Shown piece after piece: positions 56,888 through 64,000 of a stretch of 64,000 nucleotides of DNA (position 1 is the first letter of the stretch; each line of letters opens with the position of its first letter). The notes beneath the pieces were generated by a model that saw only the letters and a program-made list of their open reading frames with translations, was not told where the DNA came from and did not search any database. The translations under genes were made by a program, and so were the position numbers. This DNA comes from an uncultured Leptospirales bacterium. Its GTDB lineage: Bacteria > Spirochaetota > UBA4802 > UBA5550. The stretch spans positions 303,621 to 367,620 of the forward strand of contig CAYTNW010000001.1 in NCBI GenBank assembly GCA_964439325.1, in the 5' to 3' direction.

Positions 56888-57923
56888 ATTCTATCTCGGT
56901 AATAATTTTTTTAATTTCCATCATAGTACCTATGCTGATCCTTACGTAATCGGATTGGATCGGTCCGCGGAAATATCTCACAAGAATTTTGCGCTCTTTC
57001 AGTTTCTGGTACAGGTCCGAAGGTGAAATATCGGGATGGCGCGTAAAAATAAAATTCGCCCTCGACGGAACAATTTCAAAACCTGACTCGGCCAGACGCT
57101 CTTCAAAATATTCCTTGTTGTTCCTCAGCATCTGGAGATTGTAGCTGAAACTCTTGGTGTCGGCAAGCGCGGCTGCCGCTCCTGCAAGGGCAAGTGAATT
57201 GACGTTATATGAGTCTTTAAGCTTGAACAGGCCGTTGATTATATCCGGATTCGCCGCTGCAAGTCCCACACGGAGCCCTGCCAGGGAGTATGATTTTGAA
57301 AACGATCTGGTGATAATTACGTTATCAAACTCTTTTACGAGGTCGATTGACGACCCGCCGTAAAAATCAATATAGGCCTCGTCTACCACAAGGAGCCCCT
57401 TATACTTTTTTATGAACTCCCTGATTCTGCTTTTTTCTGTATATGTGCCTGTGGGATTGTTCGGATTGGCGATAATCACCATGTCGTAATTTTTAACAAG
57501 AAATTTATCGAGATCAGGCGTAAGGTCCGCTCCGAGATTGATCTTCTCGTATTTTATTCCGTTAGCCTGCGCCAGCGTGTCGTACAGCGAGTATGACGGG
57601 TATGGAAAAGCGGCCGTTCCGCTGCTGTCGATCAATCCCCGGAAGATCAGCGTGAATATCTCATCGGAACCGTTGCCGACAAAAACATTTTCAGGCCTGA
57701 GCCCGTTCTGTTCAGCGAACAGCTCTCTTACGGCAGTTGCCTTCGAATCGGGGTATCTCTTCAGACTTCCGTTAAGGTTCTGGGATATCGCGCGCATAAC
57801 GCTTTCAAACGGTGGAAAGGGGTTTTCGTTTGTGTTGAGCTTGATATATTCATCAAGGTCCGCAGGCTGTTCGCCCGGGATATATTCATCCATGCTCTTT
57901 AGTGTTTTGTTCCAGTATTTCAT
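56868..57923 (-). CDS. hisC: Histidinol-phosphate aminotransferase
   Basis: LNTNENP, NPNNPTG, DEAY, and the PLP-lysine block SFSKSYSLAGLRVG. Confidence 0.88.
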   Translation of the reverse strand: MKYWNKTLKSMDEYIPGEQPADLDEYIKLNTNENPFPPFESVMRAISQNLNGSLKRYPDSKATAVRELFAEQNGLRPENVFVGNGSDEIFTLIFRGLIDSSGTAAFPYPSYSLYDTLAQANGIKYEKINLGADLTPDLDKFLVKNYDMVIIANPNNPTGTYTEKSRIREFIKKYKGLLVVDEAYIDFYGGSSIDLVKEFDNVIITRSFSKSYSLAGLRVGLAAANPDIINGLFKLKDSYNVNSLALAGAAAALADTKSFSYNLQMLRNNKEYFEERLAESGFEIVPSRANFIFTRHPDISPSDLYQKLKERKILVRYFRGPIQSDYVRISIGTMMEIKKIITEIESILAEV

Positions 57924-57944
57924 TTTGTCCCCGGGTTATTTTAT

Positions 57945-58865
57945 TCAGTGAGCCGCGCCTATCAGGTCATAGATCGACGAGAACGATTCTTCTGCAAGGT
58001 ATTTTTCAAGATCAGAGACGAGTTTTTCCGAAATTGACGGCTCTACCATGTTCGCCGTCCCTATCGATACGGCAGTAGCTCCGGCCATCATGAACTCTAT
58101 TACGTCTTCAATATTACTTATTCCCCCCATCCCTATGATCGGGATGTTAACTTTGCTGTATATCTGGTATATGATCCTTACCGCTACCGGTCTGATAGCG
58201 GGACCGCTCAGGCCTGCGACCTTGTTGTGAAAGTGCGGTTTTCTTTTCTTTATGTCGATTTTCATCCCCAGCAGGGTATTGACCGCCGAGACCGCGTCCG
58301 CGCCGATATCCTCCGCCCTTACAGCAAACTGCGTGATGTCTGTTACATTGGGCGAGAGCTTTACAATCAGGGCGCATTTTGTCACGGCCCTTGCCTTTTC
58401 AACCAGGTCTGTGAATACTTCGAGGTTTGTTCCGAAGGCCATCCCCCCCTGTTTGACATTTGGACACGATACGTTAAGTTCCACCGCGCCGATACCTTCG
58501 GTTTCCGATAGTACACGGCAGAGTTCTATATTCTCCTCGACTGAATGACCGGCAATATTGGGAATTGCCGTAATTCTGTTTTTCACAAGGTACGGGAGCT
58601 TTTCATCGATAAACTCCTTCAGCCCCACATTTTCAAGGCCAATGGAGTTCAGCACACCGGAAGGTGTTTCGATTATCCTGTTTCCGGGATTTCCTCTTCT
58701 CGGCTCCAGGGAGAGCCCCTTGGTAAAGATTGCGCCGATTTTTGATATATCCATGTATTCCGACAGCTCTTCGCCGTAACCGGCGGTTCCCGATGCGACT
58801 GTGACAGGATTTTTCAGGGTCAAATTTCCTATTTTTATACCGGTATTCAACTGGGGTCTCCTCAA
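57945..58865 (-). CDS. pyrD: Dihydroorotate dehydrogenase, class 1 (catalytic subunit)
   Basis: NPV..ASGT, GAIFTKGL, LNSIGLEN, ELNVSCPNV (Cys base), GLSGPAI, IIGMGGI. No pyrK next to it. Confidence 0.9.
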   Translation of the reverse strand: MRRPQLNTGIKIGNLTLKNPVTVASGTAGYGEELSEYMDISKIGAIFTKGLSLEPRRGNPGNRIIETPSGVLNSIGLENVGLKEFIDEKLPYLVKNRITAIPNIAGHSVEENIELCRVLSETEGIGAVELNVSCPNVKQGGMAFGTNLEVFTDLVEKARAVTKCALIVKLSPNVTDITQFAVRAEDIGADAVSAVNTLLGMKIDIKKRKPHFHNKVAGLSGPAIRPVAVRIIYQIYSKVNIPIIGMGGISNIEDVIEFMMAGATAVSIGTANMVEPSISEKLVSDLEKYLAEESFSSIYDLIGAAH

Positions 58866-59075
58866 TTTTTTTTATTTTAGAAATAATAATGCGCAGATGG
58901 AGTCAATTAAATTATCAGGGCGTTTTATAAATAATTCCGCTAAATTTTTTATTTGACACATTGAAACCGGATTGATTTCTATTCTTTTTTGAAGAAAAAA
59001 ATATCTGTAATTTTTCATTTTCCTGGTTCAGTATGCCGCTTTTACGGGCCGCAGGCTGCGTGTAAAAGAGAATTG

Positions 59076-59110
59076 CGGAAAAAGCCAAGGATGGACTTTT
59101 TCAGGAGACT
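59076..59110. repeat. Partial copy of the dispersed hairpin element (same family as 49987-50051)
   Basis: cggaaaaagccaaggatggactttttcaggagact is 32/35 identical by eye to the reverse complement of 49987-50021. Its AGGAG is positioned as the RBS of the HAD gene (ATG 59116). Confidence 0.85.
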
Positions 59111-59115
59111 GGTAT

Positions 59116-59802
59116 ATGAGTAACGGGATTTTTCTCGCGTTTGACGTTGACGGCACAATCTATGATGCAGGTAATATACTTGAAGAGTCTTTCAGGCGCA
59201 CAATTGAAAGCAGTTTAAAACAGGGGCTGGCCGATTCCCTCCGTATTCCAACAAAGGAGGAGATCACTGCCACTCTCGGTTATCCGCTTAACGAGATCTT
59301 TTTAATGATCTATCCGTCAATGGACGGGCATACCAGAAGAGAACTCTCGGTTCTCTGGACCGGGAACCTTGTAAAGATGATCAGGGAGAAGAAAGGGAGC
59401 CTGATTGACGGAGTGGCGGAAACTGTAAAAGAACTGCACTCGACAGGCTATGAAATGCTTGTGGCTTCAAACGGAGCCAGGGACTATGTCGAAGCGATAC
59501 TTGAAACGTACGATTTAAAAAAATTGTTTTCTGAACCGTTTATCTATGCCGAAGGAGCTATAAAAAATAAAACAGATATTGTAAAAAGGTATCTCGGAGT
59601 GGTCCCCGGCGGCAGAATTATAATGATCGGTGACAGGTATACCGATCTCGCGGCAGCAAAAGAAAACGGAGTTCCGTTCATAGGATGTGCTTTCGGGCAT
59701 GCCGGAGCTGAAGAGATAGAGGGTGAAAAATATATCGTACATCATTTCGTGGATATTCCCGGAATGATAAAAAAGATTGAAGAGGATAAACGGGTTTCGT
59801 GA
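59116..59802 (+). CDS. HAD-superfamily hydrolase (PGP-like)
   Basis: Motif I AFDVDGTIYD; motif II ASNG; motif IV IGDRYTDLAAA. Confidence 0.8.
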   Translation: MSNGIFLAFDVDGTIYDAGNILEESFRRTIESSLKQGLADSLRIPTKEEITATLGYPLNEIFLMIYPSMDGHTRRELSVLWTGNLVKMIREKKGSLIDGVAETVKELHSTGYEMLVASNGARDYVEAILETYDLKKLFSEPFIYAEGAIKNKTDIVKRYLGVVPGGRIIMIGDRYTDLAAAKENGVPFIGCAFGHAGAEEIEGEKYIVHHFVDIPGMIKKIEEDKRVS

Positions 59803-59857
59803 ATTCACTTCACTAAACCGCCCCTGAAAAGCCATAGACAGGGCCTTTCAGGAGACT
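59793..59857. repeat. Full copy (inverted orientation) of the dispersed two-hairpin element
   Basis: ggtttcgtgaattcacttcactaaaccgcccctgaaaagcc...tttcaggagact. The first ~40 nt are 38/40 identical by eye to the reverse complement of 50012-50051. The HAD stop codon lies inside it. Confidence 0.85.
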
Positions 59858-59898
59858 TTAAATAAAATAATTCTTATGATTCTATAGGAGATATTTAT

Positions 59899-60924
59899 AT
59901 GGTTCTCGAAGATTACGGCTGGGATTCCTGGTTTGACGCTCAGTACAAATCTTTAAATATGCAGCTGAAGGTCGGAAGAATTACCGGCAGTTCAGAGATC
60001 TACAAAATTATATGCGGGGACGGAGAGATTGAAGCGGAGGTATCACAGAGGCTTTTTTATTCAACATCCTCAGACAGCGAACTCCCTATTGCCGGAGACT
60101 GGGTACTGATTATTCCGGATGACAGTGATACCGGATATTCTATTTATGATATCCTCCCCAGGCGTTCTTTTCTGGTCATAGCCGGCCAGGAAACTCCTGA
60201 CGAACAGATTCCTGTCGCTGCGAACGTCGACTATATACTGGCTGTAGTACGGGCCGGAGACGGAAACGCTCCTGCCTTTATAGAAATCATCAGTGATGTC
60301 AGCCATGACTGGGGCGCCGAGCCGCTTTTCCTGTATTACGGCAGGACTGACGATGCAGAAAAAAAACAGATTACGGCGGCAGCAGGCGGGGCGGAGGTAG
60401 TGTTTGTCGATGATCTGGACAGACACGGACTCGCTCAGCTTGACAAAGTTCTTGTCCCGCGCAAAACATACTCTGTAACAGGCGTGAGCGACGTGGATGT
60501 TTCGTTTGTTCTGGACTTTTTGACTGACGGAAAAATCAGCAGTACTGAAGATGGTGCTCCTGAAACCGGTTCAGTTCTGTACAGGCTTTCCAGCTCCGCA
60601 CTGCTTTTAAGCCCCCCTCTTCCGGGAGATATAGGTTTTAATAACGGTCCGGATGACCATAACGGAAACGGTGAAGGTGATGATTTCGGCGATATTCTTG
60701 AGATAGCCGGCTCGTGCAGATTCAATGACTGCAGCCATGTAAATGAACCGGGCTGCGCGATTCTTGATGCGCTTGAAAACGGCGATCTCGATTATGACCA
60801 CTATAAGAAGTTTTTAAAAGCTCTGAGAAAAGAGGCGGGGGGAGTTCACATTACCGAACAGTCGGAAATGAACAGACAGAAAAGGATTATTGCCGTTAAA
60901 AGTGAACGAAGTTCAGATTTATAG
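59899..60924 (+). CDS. RsgA/YjeQ-like protein with degenerate GTPase motifs (probable pseudo-GTPase)
   Basis: OB-fold region (GRITG...IAGDWVLI...ILPRRSFL), VAANVDYILAV, and the C-terminal zinc finger CRFNDCSHVNEPGC are all RsgA-like. However, NKxD, GxSGVGKS and DTPG are replaced by YYGRTDD, VTGVSDVDVS and SPPLPGD. Confidence 0.7.
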   Translation: MVLEDYGWDSWFDAQYKSLNMQLKVGRITGSSEIYKIICGDGEIEAEVSQRLFYSTSSDSELPIAGDWVLIIPDDSDTGYSIYDILPRRSFLVIAGQETPDEQIPVAANVDYILAVVRAGDGNAPAFIEIISDVSHDWGAEPLFLYYGRTDDAEKKQITAAAGGAEVVFVDDLDRHGLAQLDKVLVPRKTYSVTGVSDVDVSFVLDFLTDGKISSTEDGAPETGSVLYRLSSSALLLSPPLPGDIGFNNGPDDHNGNGEGDDFGDILEIAGSCRFNDCSHVNEPGCAILDALENGDLDYDHYKKFLKALRKEAGGVHITEQSEMNRQKRIIAVKSERSSDL

Positions 60925-61091
60925 GTTGAAAACACCGGTAAAAGATGTTGTTTTAATACGCTAAAAAACCGTAAAAAAATAAAAAAAATATTGTATTATT
61001 TATATCCCTGTTGTCAGATAATAGAGTTATTTGTTTAATGGGATAATATGCGCGTATAAAATAAAAACTGCGGGAATATACCGGTTATTGA

Positions 61092-62840
61092 ATGAAAGTT
61101 AACGTTTTTAATAATAAAAAAAGTCTAAACAGAACAGCGATTTTATTTACATTACTGCTAACCTTTACAGTTGCCATAGAATATCTCAAAGCTGCGCCTG
61201 TTTATCCTGTCAGGGTAACAAATATCCGTTTTCTTAACGGAATAGGGCGCGGGCCGACAAGCAGCGGAGGGGATTTTATTGCTGCATACTACAGGGGATA
61301 TGGCCTTCCCGGTACTCTGATCGAGATCACAGCTGACATGAATAACGGAAGCTGGGGCGCTCCCATGTATGGCGATGTGATGTTTACAATTTCATATACT
61401 GACGGCACAAATACCGGAACTTTTACAGCAAATATTCAATCCGGATCTTTTACTGCGACAACAGAAATTCCATATAACTTTAGTACAGCCTGGCTTGCTT
61501 CCGGCACAACCGCAGCCTGGACCTATAGAGCGACATCCGCAACGGGGGATTATGTTGCGAATTCGGGACTCCCTGCAAGTATAGTATCCAGCGCTTCACA
61601 GGTTATAAACTGGGACAGAAACGATCCCCCTTACGCTCCGGGAACTCCTGCCATAACAGTTAACCAGCTCGTGATTACAGCGACATCATTTACCATATAC
61701 TGGACACCGTACAGCACTGTTCCAACGGGAATGGACCAGGATTTTTACGAGTACCGTATTTATTACAGGGAAGAGGATACATCAACTTTCAAACAGTGGA
61801 ACAGCTCCAATGACTCAACACTGGGGGGGCTGGGCAACAATCCTTCGACCACGCCGGTAAGTGATCCGGCCAGGCATTTTAACGGCAATGGATGGAAATA
61901 CACGACGATTCCGAACCTTAAACTTTTTACAGGTTATGAATACTATATCACTGCGGTCGATGTGTTCGGCAATGAAATATCGGTAACTGATGCCGGTCCC
62001 GCAGCGGGCTCCCGCCTGGTCAGGACCTCCCCACTGCAGATTGAAGCTGAAATATCCGACGGCATAACAAAATACACCGATTTTTCAAACCTGTCTGATC
62101 CGTCTCTCCGGACGCTGAGGGAGGCGAATACCCGTGTTGACATATATACAGTTTCCGCTGTAACACAGCCCGATGAGTGTTATATCTGGTTCACTACGAC
62201 AAACGCTCCGTCAGCAGATATAGATGATATTATAACCCCGTTACTGAAGCCTAATGTGGAACCATATACGCCGGGTACAACAGCTTTTTCAAATGGTGCG
62301 AACCTTAGTTCAGTAAAAGCGAACAGAACGGGTCCCAACGTCTGGACTGCTTATATTCCAACACTCCCTTCCAATGGAAAAAATAAAATTGTCGCAAACG
62401 GCAACAGCGTAAGATTTATCGTTGAATTGAAAAACAGGGGGATCTCAACATTTGTTGATAAAGACTCAGGAACATCCGCGAATGACGCCGAGTGGACCTA
62501 TGCCATAGGGACGCCTGTAAAAGTGACGCCATGGCCGGTCAGAATTCTCAATAATGTAATCACAGACAGCAATCCCAGGGCATATCCGTCATATTACCTC
62601 AGTGAGGATGGTTATGTTACAATAAGAGTTTATGATGTAAAGGGGAGGCCTGTTGCAGTTTTACTGGAAAGCGCTTTACGGAGAGGGGGGCAGAATATTA
62701 AAGAGGAGGGCTGGACCGGTTCTAATAAATCGGGGCAGAAGCTGGGGATAGGTCTCTATTATATTCATGTCAGTGCCAAGAGCGTATCAAGCGGAAAGAT
62801 CATCCTGGATACGTATAAAAAGGTTGTAATGAGACACTAA
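61092..62840 (+). CDS. Large secreted protein with fibronectin-III-like module and C-terminal FlgD-Ig/T9SS-sorting-like beta-sandwich
   Basis: Signal peptide. The FN3-like segment is TSFTIYWTPY...YEYRIYYRE. The C-terminus is YVTIRVYDVKGRPVAVLL...GIGLYYIHVSA. Confidence 0.6.
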   Translation: MKVNVFNNKKSLNRTAILFTLLLTFTVAIEYLKAAPVYPVRVTNIRFLNGIGRGPTSSGGDFIAAYYRGYGLPGTLIEITADMNNGSWGAPMYGDVMFTISYTDGTNTGTFTANIQSGSFTATTEIPYNFSTAWLASGTTAAWTYRATSATGDYVANSGLPASIVSSASQVINWDRNDPPYAPGTPAITVNQLVITATSFTIYWTPYSTVPTGMDQDFYEYRIYYREEDTSTFKQWNSSNDSTLGGLGNNPSTTPVSDPARHFNGNGWKYTTIPNLKLFTGYEYYITAVDVFGNEISVTDAGPAAGSRLVRTSPLQIEAEISDGITKYTDFSNLSDPSLRTLREANTRVDIYTVSAVTQPDECYIWFTTTNAPSADIDDIITPLLKPNVEPYTPGTTAFSNGANLSSVKANRTGPNVWTAYIPTLPSNGKNKIVANGNSVRFIVELKNRGISTFVDKDSGTSANDAEWTYAIGTPVKVTPWPVRILNNVITDSNPRAYPSYYLSEDGYVTIRVYDVKGRPVAVLLESALRRGGQNIKEEGWTGSNKSGQKLGIGLYYIHVSAKSVSSGKIILDTYKKVVMRH

Positions 62841-62940
62841 ATATGTGCAAAAAAGCACAATTGTGTTAATTTTTATGAAACATTTTCTGATTTTAGATAT
62901 CTTTTTAAATACTACTACTTTCACACCAAGGGTGTAATTT

Positions 62941-64000
62941 ATGAAAAAAATACTCGCTATAATGATTTTATTTACAGTTTTTTCGATATCATGCGGCGGC
63001 GGATCGACTCCATCATCGACTTCAGTAACACAATCCGTCATTACCGGCGGACCCGAAATTGTGGTGAAAAGGATCACTAATGCGATTACATCCGGAAGCG
63101 GACCGTATTCATTCGGATCTGTAGATATCTCCTCAGGCAGTTCTACAGTGAGCTTTTCGATTGAAAACACCGGCAGTGAAGACCTTGTTGTGGATTCAAT
63201 AAGTATTACCGGACTGCACGCGACATCCTACACGATTGCCGGGATAACAACACCGGTAACGATAACCTCCGGGGATTCTGTCGATTTTACTATAACATTT
63301 GACCCGTCGGCAGCTGGTACTTTTAATGATGCTACTGTAAATATTGTGCATAATGACAATACAGACACAGAAAACCCGTTTCTGTTTACTCTGACCGGAG
63401 TCGGTACATCATCGTCTCCAGAGATAAATATTCAGGATGATTTAAACGAAAACCTTCTTTCCGGCAGCGGGACAAGGGATTTCGGAAATTCGCTTGTCGG
63501 TACTCCGGCGGCGGCAAAAACCTTCACAATTCAGAACCTTGGTACGGCCGCTCTGACGGTATCATCTGTAGCATCGTCAAATTCAGGCGAATTTGCAGTG
63601 GCGGGCGGGACAGGGTCTATAGCTGCGGGAGGATCTGCAACTTTTACTGTTACATTTACACCCGGTTCGGCAGGAGCTAAAAACTCAATAATCACAGTTG
63701 CATCTGATGATGCCGATGAAGGGTCTTATATCTTCACTGTAAAAGGTATAGGTGTGGCAATTCCGGCACCGGAGATTAACATTAAAGAAGTGAGCACTGA
63801 CATGAACCTCCCAAACGGCAGCGGAAACGTTGATTTTGGAAGTTTAAATACCGGGTCCGCCCCGCTTGTAAAGACCTTCAGGATACAGAATGTCGGCAGC
63901 TCGGCACTTACTGTAAATACAGGAGGTATAGTATCGTCTAATGATGTGATTTTTCATGTAGATACATCTGGAACTTCCGGTTCTGTCGCGGCGAACGGTT
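62941..64000 (+). CDS. Lipoprotein with at least 3 tandem ~115-aa Ig-like repeats (choice-of-anchor-D-like); 3' end beyond the window
   Basis: Not in the ORF track because it has no stop. Frame 1 is open from ATG 62941 to the window end. Lipobox ISCGG. Each repeat contains FGSV/FGNS/FGSL ... F(S/T)I(E/Q)N(T/L/V)G... L(V/T)V. Confidence 0.7.
   Translation, partial: MKKILAIMILFTVFSISCGGGSTPSSTSVTQSVITGGPEIVVKRITNAITSGSGPYSFGSVDISSGSSTVSFSIENTGSEDLVVDSISITGLHATSYTIAGITTPVTITSGDSVDFTITFDPSAAGTFNDATVNIVHNDNTDTENPFLFTLTGVGTSSSPEINIQDDLNENLLSGSGTRDFGNSLVGTPAAAKTFTIQNLGTAALTVSSVASSNSGEFAVAGGTGSIAAGGSATFTVTFTPGSAGAKNSIITVASDDADEGSYIFTVKGIGVAIPAPEINIKEVSTDMNLPNGSGNVDFGSLNTGSAPLVKTFRIQNVGSSALTVNTGGIVSSNDVIFHVDTSGTSGSVAANG

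Noticed and set aside
1-64000. Mobile genetic elements, prophage, and defence islands with known signatures (transposase, integrase, RT, Cas, restriction-modification, toxin-antitoxin)
   Set aside because: No ORF shows the corresponding catalytic motifs (DDE, tyrosine/serine recombinase, YxDD and so on). The only nuclease-like gene is the small HNH at 53093-53473.

Overview
This 64-kb window looks like an ordinary chromosomal stretch from a spirochaete (Spirochaetota). The taxon markers are a P83/100-family protein (48133-49887), a FlaA-like flagellar sheath protein behind a perfect sigma-70 promoter (30817-31546), and a stand-alone FliG paralogue (25818-26834). Housekeeping genes (tgt, adk, carB-pyrR-trxB, speH, def-fmt, hisC, pyrD, moaD/moaE, a TrmH-family methylase) are interleaved with signalling genes and many lipoproteins or surface proteins. 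The signalling genes include a hybrid histidine kinase, response regulators, a degenerate GGDEF protein, a PilZ protein, a cNMP-binding protein, a STAS protein and an RpoS-like sigma factor. I found no rRNA, tRNA, CRISPR array, transposase, integrase or phage gene. The best candidate for an undescribed system is a terminator-bracketed four-gene operon (14704-19956). It encodes a small 4-TM protein, a PAS sensor whose kinase core lacks the phospho-acceptor His, a RavA/MoxR-like AAA+ ATPase, and a ViaA-like VWA protein with a membrane anchor and polylysine tail. Other notable items: (1) an RsgA-like protein with OB fold and zinc finger intact but all GTPase motifs lost (59899-60924); (2) a PilZ gene translationally overlapping a WPF-repeat protein upstream of MlaEFD (31700-36065); (3) five back-to-back perfect hairpins in one divergent promoter region (49991-50148), part of a dispersed repeat family that also brackets a HAD gene (59076-59857); (4) an ~860-bp GC-rich, hairpin-dense non-coding spacer with a 24-nt tandem repeat (4075-4938); (5) an 8-nt periodic repeat tract upstream of a TPR lipoprotein promoter (22286-22388). 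All functional calls come from reading motifs by eye. No database search was run.
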